A stretch of DNA of 64,000 nt, taken from assembly GCA_010405405.1 (NCBI GenBank), contig MU004235.1, positions 2,348,506 to 2,412,505 on the forward strand, written 5' to 3'. A model generated the notes under the pieces. That model did not search any database, had not been told where the DNA came from, and worked only from the letters and a program-made list of their open reading frames with translations. This DNA comes from Microthyrium microscopicum. Lineage: Eukaryota. The position numbers and the translations under genes are program-made. This document shows, piece by piece, positions 25,160 to 38,260 of this stretch (position 1 is the first letter of the stretch; each line of letters begins with the position of its first letter).

Positions 25160-27886
25160 ATGCGCGGTAGCTCTGAATCTCGCCGCCGGCGCAAGGAGCC
25201 TGACTTGCTTCCTGTGAGAGAGGGTGACCGCGAGAGCCCAAAGCCTAGATCTGACAAAGATTCTCCATCGACTCGTCCTTCGGCCATTCGTCCCTCCACT
25301 TCGTCCTCGAGACCTACATCCCGCAAACACTCGTCATCTACGTCGACTAGAGAGAAAGGTGACCGTGAACGCGATCGTGAGCGGCGCAGAGAAAAGGATA
25401 GGCTGGAAAGAGAAAGGGATTCAAGAAGGGTGCCTGCAAGTCCACTGTCGGACCGGTCGAGTAGACGGCCGATAGTACCTGAGATGGAACGTCGAGGATC
25501 TGTTACTACGGCGGGGACCATGGCGGATGCGAAATCTATTGGCTCATATCCCTCGTTCTCAAAAGCGCATAGCAAGGAGATTCTGGGGAGTAGGGAGAAT
25601 CTGGTCAATCCTAGGCTGTCGCTTTATACACCTGACCCGACGATATTGGATAGTGAGGCCAAGGCGGCGCAGCAAAATATGGATGAACCAAGAGTGCATA
25701 ATATACCGCCTAGTCCACCGTTGACTGCACAGGATCCGGATCTTAGACGATCGAAGAGCGGGCAAAGCATACGGCTCAAATCATATCTATCAGACGAAAA
25801 GTTTGGACGAAGGCCAACGAGCATGGATGGAAGTACGTCGCCTACTAAACCGCGGCGGCGGTCTTCTTCTACGTCTACGACACCAAAGGCCAAGAAGAAG
25901 AGAGATCGGTCTGCTTCGAGTCAAATTAGACTGTCTAAAGAAAATCTTGCTCAGCCTGACTCGGAAGTGTTCTCGGATATCACATCGCAAAATCACTCGA
26001 ATGTGACCAGAAAAACCTTTGACTCGAATGCTACATCCGTTCCCAGAGGACCAAGACTGGAGCCTCATATACTTTCGAATGCCAGATCATCTCCCATCAC
26101 CGTCTCGGATCCATCCCCCAAAACTCCTATAGCAGCCGATTCACCGTTTCCTTCGATACCAGCTGGTGGTAAACACACTCCTGCTATAGACGTTGTACAC
26201 GATATACAAACTCCAATCTATGATATCCCTTCTCATGGCAACCAATTCCCTCCTCCACCACCTCCTCCGCCGCCTCCACCACCTCCTCCGCCGCCTCCAC
26301 CACCTCCGCCTCCGCCACCACCTGGTCCTGGTTCTGGACCTGTAGATACTCCTCGTGTGGACTATTTGCTTTTCAATGGCGGTTTACCATTTACTGTGCC
26401 CAGGAGTTTTCTATCAGCACCAACGGCCAATGCTGCATCTCCAACTCAACCTTTCCACAGTCCCATGTATGGGCGAACATTTGGCGCCCCGACGTCAGAT
26501 GCTTCGAAGATATTCCATCCGTTCTACAAACTATTAGATGATTACATGCAAGTCATGTCCAAAAGCGGATCAATAGCAGTCGCAACAGGATATCGCTCGG
26601 TGGCCCGTAGACTACTGGATCGCCTAGAGGCAGTTTTCAACCGCAACATATCTTCTGAAACTTGCGAGTGTATTATGTGTATGAATAGCGCAAAGGAAGC
26701 TGTCGATACTGCAAGCGAAGACGAAGAAAGCGGCCTTAGTTGGGGCGAAGTGTTAGAGTATGTCTCTGGCCGCAGAGAGTTGCCTTCTTGGCCGCCATTT
26801 TCACTTTCATCAGAAGCGATTCCACTAGCAAGTGTAGTCGAAGCTCCAATGCAGAAATTGGACGTGGATGTGCCAGATGAGTGGCGGGATCATTTTGTTC
26901 GCCAAAGCAAGAAGACGAAGTCAGTCGTTCAAGCGTGGCTTGCAAGTCAACCAGAAATGGCTTCAAGTCCGCCTCAAGAAGTCGACGATGACACCTTGGT
27001 CTTTGCCATGATCACCCACCTGGAGCCGGAGAAGAGGAGACTTTTCACGGCACTTGTGCGAGGCATGTCTTCTTTACCAAGCTCAAGAGCGCCCACACCA
27101 GGCGACAGACCTCGCTCCGAATTCATGTCCAAAACTGCTCTCGCTCTCCAACGCCTCTACCGTCTTCCTAATGTTCCCCGTGACGCCGAATGCGGTCTCT
27201 TCCTCCTCCAGAATCCCGTTCTTCACAATGTCCTGGCCACCCTCGCTGCCATCTCTGCTCAGGAATGGGACATTCTCGTCTCTGGTCGCTTCGACGGCTT
27301 CCTCTGGAGCGGGGCTGATAACTCTCAACCTCAGCCCTCACCCACTGGTGTCCCTCTACCTGCGTCTCGAACTACCACGCCATTTACTCCACCATCTACC
27401 ACAGGCACGCCCTTTTTCCCGGGCTCCATTCGCCGCACCCAAACTCCCGGTCTCCCTTCCACCGGTGCACCAGTTCAAATGGACGAAGACACTGAAATCG
27501 CCACCCTAGCCGAAATTGAACGTGAAATATACTCCGGTATGGAAGCCCTCGAAGACGCGTTTGAAACACTCCACGTCAAAGCCGAGCAAGTGCGTAACGA
27601 ACTTCAGCGGCGTTGCGCAGGTCTTACGCGTGCTGCCTCAGCAAGACGAGGCGACATTTCAGATGGACAGTCGGAGCATATTGGTATCAGAGGAAATACG
27701 CCAGCCAACTCGGGGGGCATGTGGGCAGGGAATTGGGACGATGATGAAGTTGATACGAGGAGCGAGTTGGGACCGGACGATAGCGCGAGTAACATCAGTC
27801 ATCATCATCGACGGAGAAGGACGAGGGATTTGAGGAGAGAGTTGAAGACGCCAGTCACTGTCGCCGAGGAAGATGAGGATGATTGA
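25160..27886 (+). CDS. Large proline/serine-rich fungal protein of unknown function (908 aa)
   Basis: Single long ORF with a low-complexity N-terminal half, a polyproline run, structured-looking blocks (VATGYRSVARRLLDRLE...CECIMC, EWDILVSGRFDGFLWSG) and a C-terminal coiled coil. Confidence 0.75.
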   Translation: MRGSSESRRRRKEPDLLPVREGDRESPKPRSDKDSPSTRPSAIRPSTSSSRPTSRKHSSSTSTREKGDRERDRERRREKDRLERERDSRRVPASPLSDRSSRRPIVPEMERRGSVTTAGTMADAKSIGSYPSFSKAHSKEILGSRENLVNPRLSLYTPDPTILDSEAKAAQQNMDEPRVHNIPPSPPLTAQDPDLRRSKSGQSIRLKSYLSDEKFGRRPTSMDGSTSPTKPRRRSSSTSTTPKAKKKRDRSASSQIRLSKENLAQPDSEVFSDITSQNHSNVTRKTFDSNATSVPRGPRLEPHILSNARSSPITVSDPSPKTPIAADSPFPSIPAGGKHTPAIDVVHDIQTPIYDIPSHGNQFPPPPPPPPPPPPPPPPPPPPPPPPPGPGSGPVDTPRVDYLLFNGGLPFTVPRSFLSAPTANAASPTQPFHSPMYGRTFGAPTSDASKIFHPFYKLLDDYMQVMSKSGSIAVATGYRSVARRLLDRLEAVFNRNISSETCECIMCMNSAKEAVDTASEDEESGLSWGEVLEYVSGRRELPSWPPFSLSSEAIPLASVVEAPMQKLDVDVPDEWRDHFVRQSKKTKSVVQAWLASQPEMASSPPQEVDDDTLVFAMITHLEPEKRRLFTALVRGMSSLPSSRAPTPGDRPRSEFMSKTALALQRLYRLPNVPRDAECGLFLLQNPVLHNVLATLAAISAQEWDILVSGRFDGFLWSGADNSQPQPSPTGVPLPASRTTTPFTPPSTTGTPFFPGSIRRTQTPGLPSTGAPVQMDEDTEIATLAEIEREIYSGMEALEDAFETLHVKAEQVRNELQRRCAGLTRAASARRGDISDGQSEHIGIRGNTPANSGGMWAGNWDDDEVDTRSELGPDDSASNISHHHRRRRTRDLRRELKTPVTVAEEDEDD
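26249..26323 (+). repeat. CCN trinucleotide repeat encoding 25 consecutive prolines
   Basis: cct cct cca cca cct cct ccg ccg... read directly in frame of ORF 25160-27886. Confidence 0.9.
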
Positions 27887-28910
27887 TCTTGATCTTGAGT
27901 AACTGGTTGTAGCGAGCGTATATGTGCTATAGTTTTATTCTAGGGCCATTCTTTTGCAAGGTGTTTGGGAGGCATATTGCATCAATAGTTGTTACATATT
28001 GTAGGACAGAATCAGCATGTCGATATCATTTCGTCAAGTGTAACAAGATCAATTCGCCATCAAATCTCGTTCCTGGACAGAAACGTGGTGGGACGATATG
28101 CGCGCGGTTAACGTGGGCCAGTGGATCGCGTGGTGTAGCTTCCATGTGAAACACTTAGCGTTGGTTGCCTCGCGCCTTCCTGTAATGCAATCTCCAATCA
28201 ACCTCCAATTGTTATTGCGGTTGCATTAACCACCTTTCAACCAACATCTCTATATACAGTGTACACAGAGCCTCCAGTTCACGATCTTCTTGCTCTTTCT
28301 TTTGTTGTTGTTTAACTCAGCAGTTCGGAGCAAGCGGAGTAAGCGGAGCTTTTGTATCCCCGAAGCCTGAAGGTGGAGCTATCCAAATAAACAACGCCTC
28401 CTAGTCAGTCAACAAACCACGCTACGCCTGGCGGCCGCACCAGAGCCTCTTGTCTCCAATCGCCTGCAATTATCGACTCCATTTTCCAGAGTCATTCACC
28501 TCGTCATTCTCAACAGCTCCTCGTTTCCGGTTTCTAGCTCTCTTCACGCTTTTCACGCTCGTCGTTCCACACCTTGTTGCTCGCCGCGCGCAAACCTTAC
28601 AAGGATAACATCCTTGCTTACGATCGCGCACCCCATGGCAACGAGAACCCTGCGTCCTTGTTTAACTTCCTAGATTGCTTGAGTCTTAGCAAGCTCTGAG
28701 CTGGCAACTGGCAACTGGCAGAATAACAATAACTTTTTATACTTGGTCCACGGATTTACTCAGTGCTGGGAAAAGTTGCATTCCTGGTTGAATACATTCC
28801 ACTGCATTATTGCGTTCTAGATCTACCGGCAGAGTTGAACGCAACTTTGGTAACGAATTCATACGAAAGCAATCACACCAAGCACCTCAAGCGGAGCAGC
28901 TAGTCTAACG

Positions 28911-31314
28911 ATGGCAACGATACTTGGAGGTGCAGATTCTCCTACTGGAGTCATTGATCCAGAGACTCTATACACCAAGCAGAATTGCATAGGTTTGTTA
29001 CCCAGCATCCATTGTGGTAGATGTATACTAATTAAGATCAGGTGGGGGTAGTTTTGGCAAAGTTTACAAAGGGTAAATTCGACTTTAGATTCTGTGGGAA
29101 CCATGAACTAACAATATATCCTTTAGTGTCGACAAACGAACCGGTCAAGCCGTAGCCATAAAAGTAATCGATGTCGAAAACGCTGAAGACGAAGTCGACG
29201 ATATCATCCAAGAAATCTCCATCCTCTCTGAACTCAACTCTCCTTACGTTACAAAATACCATGGCTCATTCCTCAAAGGCTCAGATCTTTGGATCGTCAT
29301 GGAATTCTGCTCGGGCGGCAGCTGTGCGGATCTCATGAAGCCAGGTCTTATCCCAGAGGACTATATCACAATCATTGTTCGCGAACTGCTCATGGGACTG
29401 GAATATTTGCATGGAGATAAGAAGTTACACCGTGATATTAAAGCGGCAAACATTCTGTTGGGTGCAAATGGACAAGTCAAGCTAGCTGATTTCGGGGTCT
29501 CTGGCCAACTCTCGCAGACGATGACGAAGAAGAACACTTTTGTGGGAACGCCATTTTGGATGGCGCCAGAAGTCATCAAACAATCGGGGTATGATCACAA
29601 GGCTGATATATGGTCCCTTGGAATCACTGCCCTGGAACTGGCCAATGGTGAACCGCCATATTCGGATATTCATCCTATGAAAGTGCTCTTTCTTATACCG
29701 AAGAATCCGGCTCCGGCGTTGGAAGGAAGCTTCAGTTCATCTTTCAAGGATTTCGTTGGGCAGTGTTTGCGGAAAGAACCAAAAGAGCGGCCGACTGCTA
29801 AGGAGCTATTGAAGCATCCATTCGTCAAACGAGCAAAGAAGACTACGTATCTTACAGAGCTCATTGAACGACATGAACGGTGGCATATTCGACATGGGAA
29901 GGATCATGAAGAGGAGGAAGAGGAGCGTCCAACGCCCGAGCGGAAACAGGCAGTCAACGAGGATCTCTGGGACTTTGGAACGATCAAACCTATGAATGGA
30001 CGGGCGCCCGGCTTGAAGACACTGAATGATGCTGCTGCAAATGCTCGAAGTGGAACGACCTCACCTGTAGAAGCAGCAGCATCACCTCGCAAGATAGTCT
30101 GGAGCACAGGGATCGAAAATGCACCTACACCAGAAGGCCGAAGGGTACCGTCGGGCAATACAATCAGACTGAAGGCTCTACCCAACCCACCACCTCCGCT
30201 ATCACCAACTCGTAAGCAGGCCACAGCTTCACCACTCCCATCACCAACCGCCGCAGCCAAAATTCCACTGCCGTTATCGCCAGAGAAGCGACACGAAAAG
30301 CCATCTCGTGCTTCATCATCGCTAAGCCGCGTAGCTCAAGGGCAGTCAACCCCAGTACAACAACTCAAATTCGACCCGGGTCCTGTTTTGCATCCACCAT
30401 CTACACCACTCAGTTCGCAAATGCAGAACATGCGTCTCGACTCCTCTACATCCACCTTTAACACCAACAACACATCTACCACATCGACATCCACAGCCAA
30501 CTCATCTATAACGGACCGCACTCCCTACGCTACCCTTCCGCCACCTTTTGATATCAATCAAACTCCCCGTCCTTCGACGGGCCATCAAGCACCTCCACCG
30601 CACAGTCCACTGCGTGCTCAACAGCCTCTACCAACCTTCTCTGTCAACGCAAACCATACAGGCCCACGTACACCGCAGCAACAACAGCGCGCAGGATTGT
30701 CTGTCATGCCAGTCCAGCCATCTCCTGAAGTTCTAGGCGGTCGCAACCATGGACTACCTGCTTCACCAAACCCTCAACGAACGAATCCCTATGAATCACA
30801 CACGCCTCAATCAAATCAACAGCTATCAAATCCCCACCCCCTACCCCCATCACCAACCCGCGCACCAAGTAGTCCTACCAAACAACAACAACTTCTACCA
30901 CCCCAACAGCCTCAGCAACCACAACTATCCCGCCGCGACCAAGTAACAGCCCTGACGTCCGTCGTAATACCCGCCCTCGACTCTGCCCTCCAACGACGCA
31001 CCTACGCCCTCAACAACATCACCCGTAACCACAACCCATCCACATCCACTTCCACCAACTCCATCTCCCACTCCACCAACCCATCAAACAACTCCCCAAA
31101 TTCCCCAGCATCTCTAGCAACCCTCCAAGAAGCCCACGACAAAATCCGCCGCCTCGTAGCACAAGTCGTCCGCAATATGGCTGAAATCGACGAACTTGAT
31201 GCTGCGCAGCCGGTTAGTTTGCTCGAAGGGCAGGCGAGGGAGGGAGATGTTGGTGGGTTCTTGGAGGGGGTGTTGGAGGAGATTTTGGTGAGGGTTGAGG
31301 CGGAGGATGTTTAG
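28911..31314 (+). CDS. STE20-family GCK-III Ser/Thr kinase (MST3/STK24-like)
   Basis: [23 protein letters not shown] across introns, [26 protein letters not shown] and [14 protein letters not shown]. The C-terminal tail is low-complexity. Confidence 0.92.
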
Positions 31315-32024
31315 TTTGCATAATGGGATGAAGGGAGAAGGTGTGGTGTAGGGCGGTAGGGGGTGGCAGTGGTGGTTGTTATGAGGGATATGGGGATGTG
31401 GAGGACGAGAGGAATGGGGAGTGTATGGTGTTGTATGCATTGAACAGGGTAATGAATATGATAATGTTTTCTGAAGGGGTGTTTGGTCTTCGGCGTCAGT
31501 GGTAAGATAAGGTATCCCTCCTGTGTCAAATCACATTTCTGGACGAAAATCTTTGGAATGAAAACGACGGTACCTGGTATCTCCCATCGTACTCGAACAG
31601 CGCAACGAGCTTCGCGAGTGTTTACACTATCGTACTTTAAAAGAGGCTTGCGCTATCAACCTCCTACAGACAGCGCCGGATGAGCAAGGCTTGGAGAGGC
31701 TGTGCCAGTTGGAACCATTACGGTCTGTTGCATGACAGCGCCACTCCTGCAGACGCAGATCGTCTCTCTACTTCTTTTGATAGGATTACTTCTAGGCACA
31801 GCAGCCCCTCTTACCTACCAACTTCACAAGCCAGAAATGTCACTTCCTACTTCATCTTTAAATTTGAGAGAAGCAAGCTCTCTTACAAACATCAAGCACC
31901 AAGCATCGCCTTCACAGATGCATACCATAATATGATGTATCCAGCCCCAGCTAGAATTCTGGGGGCCAAAAGCAATGCAGAATTATCGACCTTAGGTTCA
32001 TTCCACGACCGATGAAGAGTCGAG

Positions 32025-34676
32025 ATGCACAATGTTGGCCCTTCCGAGCCCATAGTTGGACTAGAGGACATTTTCGAAGAAGTTGACAAAGGCGGACAGC
32101 GTACAGCTGATAGAACTGATCGAGCTCTTCCAGCCAACACGGACTATTATGCTGACCTCGCCAACAAAAATGTCAGTACTGGAATATTTTCGTTCTGGAA
32201 CGAGTCCAATAAGAGAATCTATATCTCTTTGTTGCTGTTAGGTGTTGTTGTGCCAGCTGTAGGCTTATTCGGCTATGCAGATTGGGTCATTCATGGTTGG
32301 TATCATCGAGATGAGGATGATGATCAGTACCAGTCATCAACGCGAACTGGAATCGTGATTGTTGGGCTTTGCGTTGTCTCAGTTGGCGTAACAATACTGG
32401 GCGTCTGCTTACTGAAGCTCTTCATCCCCTTTCTACTCCTGCTTCATTGCGTCTACGCCTACTTCCTCGCGCCTTCATGGGTCACCACATCTTTTACTCT
32501 GGAAGCAAAGGCAGCGACCAGCAGTGAGTGCAAGCTGTGCTCTCAATGCCGCACAATCACCGAAGATCCTCTGATTTCTGGATCGCCCTGGATGTTCACT
32601 AGGTCACACAGAATGTTTCCTCATCTCAGCTTCAATGACTTCGAAATATCCTCCGAGCTATGTCACCTATGTAGCCTGCTATTACATTCAGTACCCTTAC
32701 ACCAACGAGCGAAACAAACCTTTCCCGCAAATTCTGCTGGAAATCCAAGCTCAAAGACAGCCGTGCAGAGCAATCTTCATGTTAAGGTCTGGAAGGACAC
32801 TTTCTTAACCAAGAAATCAGAAATTCGCTTGCAGCTCTGTGGAAAGTCTTTGTCAAACGCTCCACCACTCAACATTGAATGGCTACAGAAGCATGGCGAC
32901 GTTGCTGATCACAACTGTACAATTGATCAGACCACAGACGGACCAGATGTTGTTTCTTGGGCAGGTGAAATGATCGACAAATGTATTGAGACACATTCTC
33001 ATTGCGAGAGTCAATTTGTCAAGCATGAAGAAAGAAGTTATCTCCCGAAGAGACTCATAGACTTGAAAGATTACAACACAGGCGTGGTGAAAATAGTCAC
33101 TACTGCATTACTACCTGCCATTGATTTACCAATTCAGTATCTGGCATTGAGTCATTGCTGGGGTGGAGCAAGTAGCACTATGCTGAAGCAAAACAACCTC
33201 GAGGAAGCCTCTTTTAAGAAGGAGAACCTACCAAAGAACTTCAGTGATGCAGCAGAGATATCTTGTAAGTTGAATGTCAGATTCTTGTGGATAGATTCGC
33301 TATGTATTGTCCAGGATGATCCCACTGAATGGGCAACTGAGTCTATCAGCATGGGTCTTGTCTATGCCAATGCGCACTGTGTGATATCTGCCACTGCATC
33401 CGATAATTCCTTCGGAGGCTGTTCCAGACCACGAGATCTGTTTCGAAATCATTGCGTAATTCGTAAGAAGAAACAGAGCCAAAGTAAACTATCAGTTCTT
33501 TGGAATCATCGCCTGATGAACGCCTTTGAGGAAAAGGTCGAATGCGCCCCTATCTCATTACGTGGATGGACTTTTCAAGAGCGTTACTTAGCTCGCCGGA
33601 CATTGCACTTTTGCTCTGGATGCGTGATATTCGAATGCAATCAGCTTCTTGCTTCCGACAATGATACTAATGAAATCAGCCAGCATTACAAGATACGCAG
33701 GGGCTTTCAGATTGATGGTACAACCCATATTTCTGCAGACCTTGAACATGTAGCACGCAAGGTACCACCAAAAATCAGGAGATCGCAGAGGTATCCCGTG
33801 TACCGGTTGAACAAAATGGGCCGTAGATAGCTCAAAGGCTACAGAAATAGGTATTATAACGCACCCAATGATGCTTACAAAATACAACAACAGGTGGTCA
33901 AGAGCCTCGCTGATCAATCTGCTCGCCTTGGCCTTCGCGGAACGTTTGATGTCCTCTGGCGCTATGCAGGTACCACTCTTACCGAGAGAATCGGATTCCA
34001 TAACTGCTGGTTTGAGTTGATTGAAAAGTACAGCAAGCGAGCATTGACAAAGCACCAAGACAAACTCATGGCCATATCAGGAATGGCAAGTTTCATACAG
34101 AACAACTCCGGTCTAACTTATAGCTCTGGGCTTTGGGAAGAAATTCTACCTTATAATCTACTCTGGAGCCTTTCTGGAGACCCCAAAGAAAGACCAGACC
34201 GTCCGGTGCCAAGTTGGTCATGGGCTTCTGTTGATTCAACAGTTGGTAGTCGCCTCAGAGAGACTGGTTCAACAGAAAGGAACCAATTCCAGCATGGATG
34301 GGCGATTCTTACGTCCTATATTGAAGAACCTACTCAAGTGATCAAACTGGATATTGTCAACAATATGGTGTTCAATTCCAAGATTATCATGAATTGCAAT
34401 TTATGGGATTTCCGACCTGACGGACTCAATGTCATATGGGACATCACATCTCCACCACTTAATGATTTGCTGTCTTTACCAGTACTATCATTATCAAATC
34501 CACATGTACATCCTCATGATTCCAAAGTGCAACTCCATGGACTTATACTACATCCTAAGGGGGGCACAACTTATGAGAGAGTCGGGTATTTTTGGACAAG
34601 GACCAAAGATGCTATTGATAGATTGTCGTCTGGAACATCTAAAGAATACGATAATTGCACGATTGTGCTAGAGTAG
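32025..34676 (+). CDS. HET-domain protein with N-terminal hydrophobic (TM) helices; in-frame TAG at 33828-33830 (intron or premature stop)
   Basis: PKRLIDL, YLALSHCWG, LPKNFSDA, FLWIDSLCIVQDD, MGLVYANA, RGWTFQER, YSKRALT..DKLMAISG and PSWSWAS motifs. ORFs 32025-33830 and 33894-34676 are in the same frame. Confidence 0.85.
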
Positions 34677-35155
34677 TGATAAGAACTCAGTAGTAGTAGC
34701 TGCAAGATACGTGAAGATGATGAGAACAATATAGTGCTCAGAGATTTCGCGCCTCAGTCCTAACAACAGTATAACTTACCAGCTTACATCCTTATGCAGC
34801 TATATAGATTAGAGTTCAATTGTTAGACGCATTCGAACGTCCCCGCTATCAAGGTTTGGTCGTGTGTTTCTGCAGCATGCATGAAGACTTGGCCTAGCTT
34901 AATTGCGCGAGGAATTCTTATCTGCTCCTTGCCAGACTTCCAACCTCTGATATGCCTTTCAGTAATATTTCCAAAACCCTTTGAGCCATCAGATTTGAGG
35001 TTCCATCCCAGATTGGCAGTGATCGAGATACCAGACAGTGGTGCAATAGTCACATCAGGCGGCTGGATCTTTGATGGTCTATACTTGAATCGAGGAATCG
35101 ATCACATCTAGGCAATTGAGAGAGCAAATTCTAAGCAGACAATCAGCCATCCGTA

Positions 35156-37417
35156 ATGTCAATCACAATAAATGATACGCCAGCGCTTGGGGTGGAGCTA
35201 GTTGGTAATGCGGCATCCGAAACATACAACACTTTCAACGATAGTGTTCATGACATCTCATTAGAGTTCAGAAATAGCCTGTCATATTGTGCATTCTGCA
35301 GGTCCATCAATCTGGAAAGCATTAGACATGGATGGCTTGAATTACCACTTGAGCGGTATTTAACAACCTCGCACTTGTCAGCAAAGCAATTGGAATCTCA
35401 AAACGGCTGCGGATTGTGCAAGCTGATAACTCCCGCACTTCCATTCAGATCTCGTTTGAACGGCCTGGACACATTATTTTTGAGATTTTATCCTTACTAC
35501 GACGCAGTAGTGGTTGTTGCGAGTACCAGACAATTCTTGCAGGAGAGTTGTCACCTCGATTTACTTTGCGGGCCGGATGGTACTAAATGGTTGTTGGATC
35601 CAAATGAAGATCGAGAATACTTTACAGGTATATTTCTGAAGGTCAGTTGTGGTTTGGGTAAGTAGGTACCTTACAACCCGACTTCACTGAATTTCGTGTC
35701 TAATCAGATCTCAAGGCAATGAAACCGTAGTGCTCAAATCTAGGCTATCAAAACATCGAAAAACAAGCTCTAATGCTGGTTCTAATGAATGTCTAACTCT
35801 TGCCTCACGCTGGCTGGAAGAATGCGTTCAGGCGCATTCACAGGTATGCGATACTTCTAAGGGCTTCGTCCCGAATCGACTTATCGACGTGGGTCAAGGA
35901 GCTGCGCATGACATTGTCAAATTAGTCTCCTTGCAGAAGACCGGCCATCAGGACCCATCGCTGTCTATCAAATATGCGGCTCTGAGCTACTGCTGGGGAA
36001 CAACTCCCTTTCTGACTACGACATCTCTCAATGTGAATGACATGTATGACTCAATATCGATCTCTCAGCTTCCGGCAACAATACAGGACGCAATAAAGAT
36101 CACACGCTACATGAAGATTCCGTACCTCTGGATAGATTCTTTGTGTATCTTGCAAGGCTCCGATGAAGCTGCTCAAAAAGATTGGGAAAGTGAATCGCCA
36201 GAGATGGGCCAGCTATACGAATCTGCTCATGTAACGATTGCGGCCGAGAATGCTCCATCAGCAGTTACGGGCATACTCCACCGGCGACCGAAACCCGTCA
36301 TGAATTATGCGCCAATTCCTATAGCAGAGGAGGCCTCTGATGTCGTTTACTTGGGACTTTTCGAATTCAGCAACACCGCGATTGATGAACCTCTACATAC
36401 TCGAGGCTGGACCCTTCAGGAAACCGTATTATCTAAATGGCTACTCGGATTTGGAACCCGCATAAAATATCCTGGCGCTGTGAATGCGGAGAGAAAAAGG
36501 AATCTCGAATAGATACGCAACGATCGAATTCGACCGTTGAGCTACATGTTCTACCAGAAAGCTCTACAAGCCAAGACAGACAAATCGGGATCGCTGACGA
36601 TATTAATTCGCGATGGCAGAGCGTTGTGGAAGATTACAGCAGAAGACATCTCACCAAGGCATCTGATAAATTGCCGGCAATCACAGGACTGATCAGGATT
36701 GCCCAGCGAACCAGTGGTGATTATAGTACAGCAGGTGTATGGGCAAGCACTCTTCCAAAAGGTCTTCTCTGGAGACATACTCACAACAAGTCAATCTATA
36801 TTAGTAAAGACGAGTTTCGGGCTCCCTCGTGGTCCTGGGCAGCCGTGGAGGGCCTAGTTAATCACTTGGAAACAGATGCTTCCACATCGGAGCATCTCTT
36901 CACACGAATACAGTTACCAAGGCTTTCTGACACAACAGGAAGACCTAGCTGGTACAAGCTGGTCATCAAAGGCTGGATTAAGCAAATGGGCACTGTTCGT
37001 TGTAGTCAGTTCGGGACATACCATGGTGGTTATGATAACTTTCCTCCATGGATGAGTTTACCATCCAGCTTGAAGACTTATCTCGACGATTTGAACAATA
37101 TCCCCCGAGGACACCAGAAAGGGGGGAAACAAGATCCCTTGGAATTAGTCAACAGTTACTTCCTGTTTCTAATGAACTATTCAAAAGAGGAGGAATGGCC
37201 GGCGACTGGTCGGCAATATTTTGGGGCTGGACTTATCGTTATACCTGTTGGTAGAATATCTCAGTATTTTCGGCGTATCGGAATGTTTGAAGGTCTGGAA
37301 TTGTCCAAGCAAGCTTCAAGAGAAATGCAGACGGACCTGGGTGTCATTGATCATGCAAAAAGGTTCTTGCGAAAGCCGATCGACACAATTGTAACTCGTA
37401 CCATTGCGCTCATTTAG
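35156..37417 (+). pseudogene. HET-domain gene with a frameshift at about 36456
   Basis: Intron 35658-35715. PNRLIDV, YAALSYCWG, YLWIDSLCILQ and RGWTLQE are in one frame. The continuation PHKISWRC, YSRRHLT..DKLPAITG and APSWSWAA is in another frame, with no plausible intron at the switch. Confidence 0.75.
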
Positions 37418-38260
37418 AATAGATCCATATTCAGACTGTAATGCTTTATATCTGACTTAATCGCCAAGGATCTCTCTAGCAAGTTGAGCTAAGACTTCTG
37501 TCAATGTTCGTACGTTGCAGACGTGAGCCGAGACTCTTCAGTGAGTATTCTTGCTGGCAAGGCTCACCTGTATGAGGCTGACGGCGAATGTGACTATTTT
37601 GATACTGAGCTGTGCATAATCAAACAGAATCCCTCATATTTGTCAGGCAAATACATCCATGTGTATACTCTGTTAAGTTTTAGACTTCTATAGCGCACTA
37701 GATATATTGTGGTGCTGCATACCTGTGTAAGTAATGTACAGCACATGCATGGAGCTAGCTGCCTTCGCATATTGGGTCAGCCACCCGATATGAGCACTAG
37801 GTAGTTCTCCGTGAATCGCTTTCGAGCTTCCTGTTAGATGGCAATGGTTACAAAGTAGTTCCTCAATTACCCCCGAGGACTATTTACTAACCATATCCAT
37901 CTTGATGCGTAAAACCTGCAGATACGTATCGAGTGCACTGGGAAATATCACACATTTCCGTCTTATGGTGCAAAAGAGAGAATAACTTGCTCTCTTGTAG
38001 AGCGCCAGTCGAATCAGGTTGATCCTATTATAGCACAGCCCGACGAACCTTCCCTCTTTAGTCATCCTACCAGTTATGCGGTGTCCGGTCAGAATTTGCT
38101 TTATCCTCACCTTGACAGCCATCTGCCTAAATGCTCAGCATTTTCCTTCACCGAGATGAATTATACAGCCGGCATTTCAGAATAAGGACCGTACACCCTG
38201 GAGTACACCAAGATCCGCCCAATTATTGGACTCTTCTCCTTCCTTAGTGAAGCTGCAACT

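Noticed and set aside
24795..25608. Antisense ORFs overlapping the 908-aa gene, and similar shadow ORFs opposite ERG6, ZUO1 and the dienelactone hydrolase
   Set aside because: They are explained by codon bias and low complexity of the real genes on the opposite strand.
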